Position numbers and translations under genes: made by a program. DNA of 62,000 nucleotides from Chiloscyllium plagiosum (Eukaryota): the NCBI RefSeq assembly GCF_004010195.1, contig NC_057756.1, positions 7,608,473-7,670,472 on the forward strand, written 5' to 3'. This document shows positions 49,741 to 62,000 of the stretch, piece by piece. Below the pieces are notes generated by a model. It did no database searches and was not told the origin of the DNA. It saw nothing but the letters and a program-made list of their open reading frames with translations. How positions within the stretch are numbered: position 1 is the first letter of the stretch; every line of letters starts with the position of its first letter.

Positions 49741-50519
49741 AAGTGAGTAAGTGAGTTATGAGAAGTAAGGGAAAGAAGTGTTCTTTTGGTTTTGATTTAA
49801 CCTAAAATTTTCCAGCCACAGGAATTCATTCCTAGTCTGCGAAGAAGTTGCAGCTGCTTATTTGCTGAGTGACTTTTACATGACTCGGTTTCTTCCATCG
49901 GTTTCTTCCATCAACGTAGTGCTGGAACTTGCAATAAGTTTGATACAGCATATAAGAACAGAACTAAATATATAAAACAATTGCTGGGTAGTTAAGACCA
50001 CAATAAGGACAGCAGGATGGGTACTGGATCATAGCTGCAGAACTTGGGAGTTCCTGAATGTCAGGCTTGTCCAGAGCAAATCTGTCTGGAATGCACATTT
50101 GAATTTCAAATGCTTTCTGCTCACATTTTATGAATGGAAGGCACTGTGGCGCATCAAGACAGCGGAAACATTATTTGTATTGATATAATTTGATTTGATT
50201 TATTGTAGTCGCATACACCTAAATGCAGTGAAATGTTCTATTTTGCGACCAGTGCAGGCAGATCACAGCAAACAAGGGTATCCAGATCACAAGATGCTTA
50301 CACAGAGCGAGGTGTGCAAGATTATACCTGCACAGTAGGCATGCAAAGCAATATCAACATTATTTGAAGATATCGAAGTCCATTCAGCAGTCTAATTGCA
50401 GCAGGGAAGAAAGTGTTCTTGAACCTGTTGGTGCATGTCTTCAAGCTTCATCTGTATTTTCAGTAAGAGGAGGAATGCACAAGTCACAGGCCTCGGGATA
50501 TCTGATTTGTTCATTGGTC

Positions 50520-51235
50520 GTAGAGTCATAGTTATGTACAGCACAGAAACAGAACCTTAGGTCCAACCCGTCCATGTTTACCAGATATCCTAAATTAATT
50601 GAGTCATATTTGCCATCACTTGGCTCATATCCCTTTAAGCTCTTCCTTTTCACATACTCAGCCTTTTAAATTTATAATTATACCAGGAAGCACCACTTCC
50701 TCCGGCAGCTCAGTCTGCATACCCATCATCCTCTGTATGAAAGTTACTATTTAAGTTCCTTTTAAAGTTTTTCCCCTCTCACCCTAAACCTATGCCCTCT
50801 AGTTTTGAACTTTCCCACTTCAGGGAAAATATCTTCTCTATTTACCCTATCAATGCCTCTCATGATTTTATATGCCTGCTTAAGGTCACTCCTCAACCTC
50901 TGACACTCCAGGGAAACACTGCCAGCCAATCAATATCACCCTGAAGCTCAAAGCCTCCAACTCTGGCAATATTCTTGTAAATCTCTCCTGAACCCTTTCA
51001 AGTTTCACAACATCCTTATGTCAAGAGGGAGACCAGAATTGCACACAATATTCTAAAAGTGGCTCAACCAATGCCCTGTACAGCCACAACATGACCTCCC
51101 CACTCCTATACTCAATGCCCTATCAATAAAGGAGTGCATACCATACACCTTCGTTATCCTATCTAATTGCGACTCCACTTTCAAGGCACTATGAAACTGC
51201 ACTCCACGGTCTCTTTGTCCAGCAATACTCATTAA
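50520..51235 (-). mobile_element. CR1 3' fragment
   Basis: QRDRGVQFHSALKVESQLDR and a typical 3' end. Confidence 0.8.
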
Positions 51236-51957
51236 CCAGAGGGTATGACTACAAGCGAGGCAGGGAAGAGTAGACAAAGGACAGGAGCACAGGATTCTCA
51301 CCATTTGGAATTGACCTCACAGATGAGGTTATTTCAATTTGACTCAATAAGAGTGGGGGCTGCTGGATCGTTGATATAAATAACAAAAGCATTGTAATAA
51401 AGAGCATTATTCAAGGAAGGTACGTGTCAGGGTGGGTGGCAGATGCTAGGTAAATGGGAATATAGTGGTTTTGGGGATAGTATAGAATTTTGAGGGCGGT
51501 TGACATCAGCAAGTTAATCTGAAGCCTTTAGGATGGAGTTTGATGATTATTTAAGTGGAATCAACACTCAAGTTTATGGGGAAAGGCAGGAGTATTGCAC
51601 CAAGTCACATTGTTATTTGGAGATCTGTTGCAGAAATAATGCGCCAAATAGCCTTCTCCTTCTCCATGACACTTCAATAGATCGTGGCTCCAAAACATCC
51701 TTCGCCAACAGTATTAAACATGAGTCAAGTAGGCAGCTTTCTACGATGGTTTGGGATGTTATCTTACAATTCAACAGAAAGTATCTTTGGATGGGGAAGT
51801 ATCTACTCCTGATTGCCCATTTTGTTACCAGAAAGAGGTGCAGAACAAAGAAAAATGTTCTGAAAGTTATTGTGAGGAACTAGATAGCAGATGAAATGGC
51901 AGAACCTCAAAGCTCATGATCTCTACGTTATTGCATCAGCTAACGTTATTGCATTGT

Positions 51958-52215
51958 GGGCGGCACGGTGGCACAGTGGTTAGCACTGCTGCCTCACAGC
52001 GTCAGAGACCCGGGTTCAATACCCGCCTCAGGCGACTGACTGTGTGGAGTTTGCACGTTCTCCCCGTGTCTGCGTGGGTTTCCTCTGGGTGCTCCGGTTT
52101 CCTCCCACCATCCAAAGATGTGCAGGGTCAGGTGAATTGGCCATACTAAATTGCCCGTAGTGTTAGGTAAGGGGTAAAAATCTAATCTAATCTAATCTAA
52201 TCTAATCTAATCTAA
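51958..52215 (+). mobile_element. HE1-like SINE with internal deletion and (atcta)n tail
   Basis: Near-consensus head and core; tail of about 7 units. Confidence 0.9.
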
Positions 52216-53179
52216 ATGCAAATTTGCACAGGTCAAAGAAGACTAGAGCGATGTCAGGTGTGAGTGAAGCGTGTTCCAGTTCTAAGCGTGCTACCATTAG
52301 AAATACTGCAAGTATAATCTCTACCAATGGGGCAGAGTCCGTGTGACCATACTGGGCGAATATTCTTGTTGCCTGATTGTTTGTAAGGTTTAGAGGATTC
52401 AAAACAGAATTGGGGAGAGAAGATATTAAATTTAGAATGATGCGTTATATCAAAAAGTGAGTTAAGGCGAAACACAAAGTTCAACCAACAGATAAGATTA
52501 GAATTTACAAAGACAAAAAAAGGGATGAAGCTGAAGGCTCTGTGTCTGATTGGAGATATTGCCTAAAACAAAGCAGATGATCTGACAGCGTGAGTATAAT
52601 GATTCAATATGAACTGGTAGCTTTCACAGAGCCATTGCTCCAAGATGATGTTAATTGGGACATAAATCTGGAAAAGTTGAGGACATTTAGGCATGACTGG
52701 AATCTAGGACATGGGCGGGTTTGTTAATCAATGATGACATTATCAGAAGAGAGCAAGATGACCTAAGTTCAGAAAGTCAAGATGTGGAAACAGGTTTTAG
52801 TATGTATGAGATGTGGTAAAACACACAAAAAAAATGGTAATCGTGTACAGTCCCCTTAACTGTGGGAATGTGGCAGGCTAGAGCATCGTTCTGAGAACAT
52901 CATCACAGCTTTTGAGATGATGTTTCGGAACAGCATATTCCAGAACCAACGGGAGATCAGATTACAATAGGCCTGATAGCATACAATATTTAACTTTGGA
53001 TTGACAACAGTGCACCATTGGTGGTGAACACCACTGTGATTGTCTCTTGATGGTTAAATTGTTGTCAGTGATAATTTCATAAACTTCTCCAGTTAGTTAA
53101 ATAGAATATACTCCACATACTAGACTATGCATGTGGATGACTGCAACCATGATAATGTGAATCAGCTCCTTTTCTTCAG

Positions 53180-53465
53180 ATGAACCCAAAATAATATTGA
53201 TCCAAACTCCAAAACTACCAAGGACGAGGTTTCTTGTATATACATTGTTAGAGCAAAACCTCTAATAGCCTCCACATAGAGTACAAGTGGGGGAAAAATC
53301 ACGGAAACACTTTATATATTAGAATCTATTCCTGAACAGAGAAAAATGATCTGTTTCGGAGCTCATGAACACTGAATGGATTAAATTGCTCTGAAGAGCT
53401 GATTATGTGCAAGGCAGAGAATGGGAATGGCATTAGTGTCAATAAATACCAACTCAATTCAGCAA
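53180..53465 (+). pseudogene. Ig-domain pseudo-exon, MAG/Siglec-like, copy B
   Basis: CAG acceptor and homology to copies A/C/D (EPKII...VRAKP...EELIMCKAENGNGISVNKYQLNSA), but with frameshifts, stops and lost Cys/Trp. Confidence 0.75.
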
Positions 53466-54194
53466 GTACATCCTAATTTTACATTTAATTCAACTGCAGA
53501 AGGTGGGTGTTTTGACTGTCCCTACTTGAACTTGGGAAGACGATGGAGAGCTGCCTTCTTGAACAAGTGCAGTCCATGTGTTATAATGCCATTCGGTAGA
53601 GATTTCTACATCTTTTACTCAGCAAAACTGAAGTAATGGTGATATATTGTCAAATCAGGATCGTGAGGTGCTTGTCGGGAGACTGGCAGGCAATGGTGCT
53701 CCCATGAATCTGCTCTGTTGTCCTTCTATATGGTAGTGTTTATTGGTGTGGAGGATGTTGTCGAAGGCAGCTTCGAGGATTGACCCAACCATTCTGGAAG
53801 CTAACAGCTTTGCACTTTCATTTCAGTGGAGTAAGAATTCAAGTGAATTAGGGAACAATTTAAATCTGAGATTAACAGAATTCAGTTCTGTTTTAAAGTT
53901 AGAATACCAATTATGTCATGATGGAAACATTTAAATGCTAAACAGTCATGGCCTATCTGTTTACCAGTCGAGATTCTGATGGATCAGTGGCACTTCCTTC
54001 CATAGTCTGACTTCAGCTGACATCAGAAAATTATTTACACTTAGTGTTGTATGTCGGATTAGCTGGGCGTGTAATCTCGCGCCTCAGTAGCTTTTGAAGC
54101 TGGTCTGAAATTCAACTGATCAATGTGGATCTGAAATGATCCAGGAAATTTTACTCGAACAAACTCGATAAGTAAATTATTATCGATGAATGGG

Positions 54195-54520
54195 ATGGCA
54201 TGGTTATTCAGTGATTGGCACTGCTGCCTCTCAGTGCCAGAGACCTGGGTTTGACCTGGAAAGTTGCAAATTCCCCATGTGCCTGCGTGAGTTCACTTTG
54301 CATGTTCGAGTCGCTTGCTGGAGATGTGCATGTTAGGTGGATTTGCCATACTAAGATGCACTATCGTGTTCAGGGATGTGCAGGCTATGTATGTTAGCTA
54401 TGGGAAAAGCAAGGTATGGGAGAGGGTCATGGGGTGGGAGTGGGTGCAATAAGGTTTAGAGGTATAGTGCAGACGTGATGTACCGAATGACCTCTTCCTG
54501 CACTGTAGGGATTCTATAAC
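54195..54520 (+). mobile_element. Degenerate HE1/V-SINE-like element
   Basis: ggcactgctgcctctcagtgccagagacctgggtt head and cactgtagggattctat tail. Confidence 0.55.
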
Positions 54521-54569
54521 ATTATCTCCTGCACTTAATCAATTAAAAAAATCTCTTCAATGTGAGTCT

Positions 54570-57500
54570 GCGGGATTTTTAAGGGGGAGGGAGAGCAGCC
54601 AGAAGTCGGGTACACTTTGGTACGAGTGCATATCTCGCAAAAGTGAATATATGGAATTCGGATTGGAAGCTACAGGATGAGCAGACCAATATCCTAGGCT
54701 TGCAACCAGTACCACAGGCTAGTGAGGTGAGGAACAGACATCAAGTGCAGCTGAACACGTGGCTGCAGAGCTGGTGTAGGAGGGCAGGCTTCAGATATGT
54801 GAATCAGGAGGATACCTTCTGGGGTAACATTGGACCTGTACAAGGAGGACATGTTGCACCTGAACTGAAGAGGGACCGATATCTTGGTCACGAGGTTGCC
54901 AGAGGTTTTCAGGATATTTCAACTAGTTTGACAGGGGTATGGGAACCGAAGCTATGGATCAGAGGTTGGGGTAGCTGGTGAATAAGCAGATGGAAAGGAC
55001 AGAAAGTTTGTGAAGAAGAATATACAGTTGTTAGGGCAAAGTTGCAGTCAGTGTGTTGTTTTGAAGTGTGCCTATTTTAATGCAAGAAGTGTCAGAAACA
55101 AGAGGATGAACTGAGAGCATGGATCAGTACTTGGAGCTACGATGTTGTGGCCATTACGGAGGCTTGGATATCACAACGCTTGTTGGATGTTCTGTGGTTT
55201 ACATATTTCCAAAGGAATAGGGAGGGAGGTAAAATAGGTGGGGAATGGTTTTGCTAATCAGGGATAGTATCACAGCTGCAGAAAGAGAAGTCATCAAGGA
55301 GGATTTGTCATATGAGTCAGAAGTAGGTGTAAGTAAGAAACAGGAAAGGAACAGTCACTTTACTGGGAATTTTCTGTATACCTCCCGAATAGCAACAGAG
55401 TCATGGTGGAGCAGATTGGGAAGCAGATTATGGAAAGATGTGGAACTAAAGGGTTGTTCTCATAAGTGACTTCAACTTGCCGAATATTCATTGAAACTCC
55501 CTTCCTGCAAATCGATAGGATGGAACAGACTTTTTCAGTTGTGCCCAGAAGGGCATTGACTCAATGTGTAGGTAGGCTATGTTGGATTTGATGCTTTGCA
55601 ATGAACCAGGCTAGGTTTCAGATGTCTCGATGGGAGAGCATTTTGGTGACAGTGATCACAACTCCTGATGTTTACTGTAGTTACGGAGAGGGATGCGAAT
55701 AGATGGTATGAGTGCATTTAATTGGAAGAGGGAAATTTATAATGCTATTAGGCAGAACTATGCAGCATTGATTGGGAACAAATGTTGTCAGGGAAGTGCA
55801 TGACAGATATTGGAGGTGGATTAGGGAGCACTTGCTGCGAGTGGTACAAAGGTTTATCCCACTGAGGCAAGGAAGGGATGGTAGGGTGAAGGAACCTTGG
55901 AACACCAGGTTATAGTCCAACAGGTTTAATTGGAAGCACATTAGCTTTCGAAGAGATGCTCCTTCATCAGGTGATAGTGGAGAGCTCAATCTTAACACAC
56001 AAAATTTATAGCAAAAATTTACAGTGTGATGTAACTGAAATTAAACATTGAAAAATTGATTGTCGGTTAAGTCTTTCATCTGTTTGAATGCCATGATTGT
56101 TTCACTTCCTACATGTGTAAATCACAAAACCTTTTTTTAAAAAGTTGCACTCTGGTTAGCTGTTAACAATGGTGATAGCTAGACAATATGTTGAAGGTGT
56201 TAGTCCCCTGTGTGCTCTGTCTATGCCATGATGTTTAGATTGATTCTAATCTAAAAAGTGAGATAACGGAGTTTTACATTAATTCATGCAGTTTTTCAGC
56301 TCAGAGTTCTACATGAATGCATGCAGCTTTTGAGCAAAGTACAATGTAACCCTGCAAGTACAAATTCACCCCACAAAATATATGTGTCCATTGGGGTCTT
56401 TGTCTGTGTCTGTGTGTGTCTGTCTGGGTTGGGGGTCGTGAGTGTGAGAAAGTGTATGTGTGTGTGTGTAGTGAGTGTAGAATATCTTAAGTCTGTGAGC
56501 GGGTGCATGTGTGAGTGTGGGAGTATGTGTGTCTGTGCGGGTGTGTGTGGGTGTCTGTGTGCACATCTGTGTGTATGTGTGTCCGTGTTTATGCGTGTAT
56601 AGGAATGTATGTGTGTATGTGTGTGTGAGTGAGAGAGAGAGAGAGACAGACAGAGAGAGAGTGTGTGTAGGAGTGTGCAATGGTAGTCACCTGTAATCTG
56701 ACATGAATACTTTGCTTCAGTATTCACTACTGAGAGGGACCTTGTCATTTGTGAAGACAGCATGAAACAGGCTGACACCCTCGAACAAGTTGAGGAAGAA
56801 GGAGGATGTGCTGGAAATTTTGAAAAACTGGAGAGTAGGTAAATCCTCTGGGCCAGACAGGATGTACCTAAGATAACTATGGGAAGTGAGGAAAGAGATT
56901 GCTGTGCCTTTGGTGATGATCTTTGAGTCCTCACTGCCCACTGGAATCGTACCAGATGATTGGAGAATGGCAAATGTTCTTGCCTTGTTCACAAATGTGA
57001 GTTGGGATAACCCTGGGAATTACAAGACAGTCAGTGGTGAGCAAGATATTGGAGAGGATTCTGACAGACAGAATTTATGATTATTTTGGAAAACATAGTT
57101 TGATTATATTTAGTCAGCATGACTTTGTTTGGGGCAGGTCATGCCTCGCAAGCCTTACTGAATTGTTTGAGGAAGTGTCAAATCACATTGAAGAAAGTAG
57201 AACAATGGATGTGCTGTATATGAGTTTTAGCAAGGCGTTTGACAATGTTCCCCATGGCAGGCTCATTCAGACCGTAAGGAGGCATGGGATACAGGGAAAT
57301 TTGTCTGTCTGTATATAGAATTGGCTGGCTTATAGAAGGCAGAGTCTGGTTGTCGATGGAGCTGAGTGACCAGTCATGCTCCACGGGGATCTCTTCTGGG
57401 ACCTCGGTTCCTTGTGATTTTTATTAAAGACTTGGATGAGAAAGTGGTAGGGTGAGTTGGTAAGTCTGCCAATGGCACATGTTTTGGTGGAGCTGTGGAT

Positions 57501-57950
57501 AATGTGAGGACTGTTGTAGGTTGCAGTGGGATATTGACAGGACGCAGAGCTGGGCTGAGAGGTTGCAGACAGAGCTCAGTCAGGAAAAGTGTGAAGTGGT
57601 TCATTTTGGAAGGTCGAATTTGAATTACAGGGTTTAAAGCAAGGACCTTGGCAGTACGGAGTAACAGGTGGTCTTGTTGTCCACGTCCATAGATCCTTCA
57701 AAGTTGCCCCCCAAGTTGATAGGGTTGTGAAGAAGACATGTGATGTTTTGGCTTTCATTAGCAGAGGGATTGAGTTTAAGAGCTGCGAGGTTATGCTGCA
57801 GCTCCACAAAACTGTGATTATATCACACTTGGAAGTTTGTGTTCAGTTCGGGTTGCCTCGTTATAGGAAGGATATGGAAGCTTTAGAGAGGCTGCAGAGG
57901 AGATTTATTAGGATTCTGCTTGAACTGGAGGGCTTGTCCTATGAAGAAAT
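54570..57950 (+). mobile_element. Long degenerate CR1 (ORF1 esterase, endonuclease, RT) interrupted at 55900-56705
   Basis: LNTWLQSWCRRAGFRY; YFNARSV; PDDWRMANV; SQHDFVWGRSCL; FSKAFDNVPHGRL. Confidence 0.85.
55900..56705 (-). mobile_element. Penelope-type 3' region with (CA)-rich tract and hammerhead-like core (~55937-55973)
   Basis: Minus strand reads cacCTGATGAaggagcatctcttcGAAAgcta...aattaaacctgttggactataacctggtgtt; same terminus family as 38380-38465. Confidence 0.6.
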
Positions 57951-58284
57951 GTCTCACAAAGAAACATGCGAACCTGTCAGAAAAGTAAAATAATAACCAT
58001 GGAGAATTTCACGTATGTATAGATAATGATAGATGGATGAAGATATACAAAATCAAGTGTTCATAAAATTTTTTGAGAATGTCCCATAAACACATGTCTG
58101 TTAACAGCATGTGCTGGAGCCAACGGGAGAACAGCTTATAATAGACCCTGATATCATACAATACTTAACTGTGGCTTAACAGCATCACATTATTGGTGAG
58201 AACAGCAGTGTTATTATCTGTTGATATTTATTTAAGTTGTTGCCATTAACTTCTCCGGTTCTTTAAATAGAAAGCAATATTTTG

Positions 58285-58610
58285 GCATGGCAGCTCAGTG
58301 GTTAGCACTGCTGCCTCACAGCTCCAGGGACCTGGATTTGATTCCAGCCTCGGCGACTGTCCTGTGTGGAGTTTGCACATTCTCCCTGTGTCTGCGTGGC
58401 TTCCCTCTGGGTGCTGTGGTTTCCCCCCACAGTCCAAAGATGTGCAGGTTAGGTGAATTGGCCATTCTAAATGGCCCGTAGTGTAGGTTATTTGGCTGGG
58501 TAAATATAGGGTAGGAGAATGGGTCTGCGTGGGATACCCTGTAGCCAGTCGGTGTCCACTTGTTGGGCCAAAGGGCTTGTTTCCACACTGTAGGACTTCT
58601 AATTCTAATT
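58285..58610 (+). mobile_element. HE1-like SINE
   Basis: Head, core and tail present; absent at the paralogous site ~53110. Confidence 0.85.
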
Positions 58611-58675
58611 CACATCTAGACATTTCATGTGGATGTTTGCATTCATGATAATGTGAATCTGCTCCTTTCCTTTTG

Positions 58676-58957
58676 ATGAACCCGTCATTGTATTTGATCC
58701 AAACTGCACCCGTTCCAAGAATGAGGCATTTTGTTTCTGCATGGTCAGATCCAATCCTCCAGCAATCAATACATGGAAAACAAATGGGAAAACGGGGATC
58801 ACTTCAGATGTTTGAGTCTATTCCTGAACAGTGAATAATGGCAGGTTTCAGAGCTTTCTGACACTGACTCGTCTAAATTGGTCTGAAGAGCTGATTAAAT
58901 GCAGAGCAGAGAATGTGAATGGTATTGGTGTCATTAAGTACAAGCTGTGTTCGTCAG
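58676..58957 (+). pseudogene. Ig-domain pseudo-exon, MAG/Siglec-like, copy C
   Basis: Reads EPVIVFDPNCTRSKNEAFCFCMVRSNPPAINTW...EELIKCRAENVNG. TGA stops at 58813 and 58825; acceptor mutated to TG and donor to AT. Confidence 0.8.
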
Positions 58958-58984
58958 ATAAATCCTTAGTTGTATTTTAATTCG

Positions 58985-59580
58985 TGGGATTTGGGCGTTG
59001 TTGGCTGAGACAACATTTTTGTTTTCCCATCACTGATTGCACTTGAGAAGGTGGTGGTGAGATGCCTCCTTGAACCACTGCAGTCCATGTTCTGTAAGTA
59101 CAACCTGAAATCCATTCGGGAGGGAATTCTAGGTCTTTGACTCAGACCGAATGGTGAAATATCCCCAAGTCAGAATAGTGCAGAGCTTGCAGGCTGTAGT
59201 ATTCCAATGAATTTCTCTGTTTCATTTTAAGTGGAAGCGTTCATGGGCTTGAAAGGTGCCAAGGAGCCTTGGTGGATTTCTGCAGTGCACCTTGTAAAAG
59301 ACACACATTGTTACCATGGGACATTGGTGGTGGAAGGAGTGGATGTTTGTGGATGTGATGCCAATCAAGCAGGTTGTTCTGTCCGGGATGGTGTCAAGCC
59401 TGTTGATTGTTGTGGGAACCGTACTCACCCAGGCAAGTAGGGAATATTTCATCACTGCTGACTTGGGCCTTGCAAACAATGAACAGGCTTTCGAGTAGGA
59501 GATGAGTTACTTCCGGCAGTATTCCCAGCTTTTTGACTGCCCTTGTAGCCTCTGCATTTATATGGAAAGTCCAGTTGAAT
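58985..59580 (-). mobile_element. CR1/L2-group LINE 3' fragment (shorter paralog 53500-53780)
   Basis: VMKYSLLAWVSTVPTT on the minus strand; same family as 35510-36170. Confidence 0.6.
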
Positions 59581-60571
59581 TTCAGAGAAATTTCAGAGAA
59601 AGTCAGTTAGGAATCCTTTCCTGAAGCATCCAGCACACCTGGTACTTACACATCTTATGACTGCTTCCGATAAAAAAAACTAGAAGAAAAAAGCCTGAAC
59701 AGGGAGAACTCGCCATTCCCCTTTCATAATTAAACTGACACACCCTAGACTCCTCGCCACTCTTTCTTTAAAATCTCTCTTCAAAAAATAACCTTTTGAA
59801 AGTGATAGCATCGTCACAGACTTTACACCACTACTGAGACAACTGTGACTGTCATTGAAAATGCCCTATCTACTGGATATTATTTTGTAAATGCGGACTT
59901 TAATTATGAAATGAGTGTGTAACAAAATATTTTTTCCTAGAACATGAAAGAAAATGCACACTGCTGCATGTTCAATACAAGTACAACATTATATTTATTC
60001 TACACATTCAGCATCATGTTTGCATTCCACGTTGTTCCAGCCACTCAGTGCATGATGGCTGTGCACACTATTTAAGTATCTGCTGTCCATTTTACTCAAA
60101 CAACCTGGCCAGTAACAGCTTCGGTCTTTAATTTCAGTGAAAGCTCAACTGGAAAAATGAACATCTCAACATTGAAATTGACAGAATCCAATTTATTTTT
60201 AAAGTAAGAATATCAATGATGTCACCGTGGAGCAATATTAAAGTGCGAAACAGGGTTGATCTCTTTGAATGCCAGTAGAGATATTGAGGGATTTCTGTAA
60301 CTGCTAACATGGCTGGCATTAGAAAATGATATAAACATAGCACTTAGCGTCGCGTTAGCTGGGAACATATTCTCAAGCTCCAGTGGCTTCTCAAATTTGA
60401 CTGATCAAAATGGATTCGAAATCATTTAGGACATTTCACTTTGTTAACCTCAATAAATAATATTTTGTCATTATTTATTCTAGTTATTCAAAAAATTAAC
60501 TATTTCACGTACATGTTACAACTGCATGGTAAAAAGGATCATCATTTGAACACTGTTATTTCCTTTTGCAG

Positions 60572-60859
60572 GGATACCGACAATAGTTTCTGGTCCGACC
60601 TGTGCTAGTTCCAAGAAAGGCCTCGTTTGTACCTGCAGAATCAGAGCTAATCCCCCAGTAAACATCACGTGGACCCTCAGTGGGAGAGAGATCAAAGGAA
60701 ACATTTCAGATATTACAGTCCATTCTGGGAGGGTGAATAATGGCCTGTTTCAGAGCTTCTTGACACTGATTCATTTCCCTGGATTTGAAAAGCTAATCTC
60801 ATGCACAGCAGAGAACGATAAAGATGTTATTGTTAGCAGGTACCAGCTCCATTCAACAG
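60572..60859 (+). CDS. Ig C2-type domain exon, MAG/Siglec-like, copy D (intact)
   Basis: CAG acceptor, 288 bp, phase 1-1, open. Reads IPTIVSGPTCASSKKGLVCTCRIRANPPVNITWTLSG...FQSFLTLIHFPGFEKLISCTAENDKDVIVSRYQLHST, then G|GT. The C-x8-CxC-x3-(A/S)NP pattern resembles the membrane-proximal Ig5 of MAG. Confidence 0.8.
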
Positions 60860-61414
60860 GTACATCTCTGAATATTCTGAAGTGTAGTGACTACACTGAT
60901 AAATTCTTTGAGAGATAATATTTCTTATGTCTGGGGGAGGTGTGCCTGTGTCCAGCCCCACTGACCACTTTCACGGTGAATGTTAAATGTAGAAACGCAG
61001 AAAATAGGAGCAGGAGTAAGCCATTCGGTCTTTCTAGCCTGCTACCCATTCAACATAATCATGATTGATCATCCAAATCAATACCTTTTTCCCACTTTCT
61101 GCACATACTTTTCATCCCTTTATCTCTTTCATGAAAACATTCATTGCTTTGGCTTCAGAAATTTACTGTAGTTGTAATGTTAAGGCATGTATAATGCCTT
61201 GTTCACTGTCTTCACAGAGGGTCTGATTGTTTTAACTTTTCTTGGTTGTGTTCAAGATTAATTCATAAGAAGCGGTAGAAGACCATTTTCGCTATTAAAA
61301 TGACAGGATCCATTGAATTAATACAGGGCTTTGCGATGTCAAATTTTCTCTCAATGTCATAGACCGTGTTCCTGAGTATTGTTTGGCAGAGCATAAAAAG
61401 TAGTCATGATGTAA

Positions 61415-61530
61415 AGATGCTGTGTTGAACTGGGCTGGACAAAATCAAAAGTCACAGGTCACAGGTTGTAGTCCAACAGATTTAGTTAAAACCACAAAGT
61501 TTTAGAGAAGTACTCCTTTATCAGGTAAAT
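61415..61530 (-). mobile_element. Degenerate Penelope-type terminal fragment
   Basis: caggttgtagtccaacagatttag...ctcctttatcaggt. Confidence 0.45.
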
Positions 61531-62000
61531 AAAAATTAATAGGAGTGGTAGGCCCTTTAGCCAGTCCAGCATACGTTATTGTTTAATAAGGCTCTAAACT
61601 GAACACCATTTTTCTATCTGTAGAGGCCATAGCCCGAATTTCCATTTTCAATCACAAATTCACCTAACCCTCGAAATTACCCATTGTCCAGCTTCCACTT
61701 CTCAGTGGAGAAGAGTGATCCAAAGATTATCTCTTTTCGAAGAGATAGAAAAAGAATACTCATTATTTCCGTCTTAAATGGGAGACCCTAATTTTCAAAA
61801 TTTTCCACTTTCCGACTTAGTTTAAGGCTTCCTTTCTAATTGCGGTGTTTATTTGCTGGTTCACTCACTGCAATGTCCAGGTCTGAAAATCATTTCATTC
61901 TGTTTTGGTTTTCTTGACACCATTCAGAAAAAAAGATAGGAGGAGAATATTTGACCCCTTGACGATACTACAACATTCAATAAGTTCGCATCTTAACTTT

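Noticed and set aside
51958..52035. tRNA-like sequences at SINE heads
   Set aside because: A/B boxes run straight into the SINE body; these are not tRNA genes.
56296..56973. 225-aa His/Thr-rich ORF
   Set aside because: Spans a (CA)-rich tract and antisense CR1 sequence.
61218..61261. Possible next exon of the Ig gene (EGLIVLTFLGCVQD*) after a cacag acceptor
   Set aside because: The hydrophobic stretch is too short for a TM helix and there is no independent support.

Overview
Repeat-dense vertebrate genomic DNA. HE1/V-SINE-like and DeuSINE-like repeats, CR1 LINEs and Penelope-type ends point to a cartilaginous fish, most likely a shark (inference). The window has three blocks. (1) ~2.4-33.6 kb: a tandem segmental duplication. 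Each unit carries a two-exon GPR139/GPR142-like class A GPCR. Copy 1 is intact (326 aa; exons 7089-7155 and 10483-11396) and copy 2 is a pseudogene with four lesions. Between the units lie a CR1, a Gypsy remnant and a short inverted copy taken from inside unit 2. (2) ~38.6-46 kb: the last two exons of an aldolase B-like gene on the minus strand, which the ORF track misses. An apparently perfect ~4.15 kb array of a 16-bp unit abuts its splice acceptor, and a 500-N gap follows. (3) After the gap: four tandem copies of one phase-1 Ig-domain exon resembling MAG/Siglec-4 domain 5 (one stop-terminated, two dead, one intact). Several Penelope-type fragments carry minimal hammerhead ribozyme cores, and the one at 18562-18599 (minus strand) looks intact. 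Exon coordinates were worked out base by base; repeat boundaries are approximate and set by eye.
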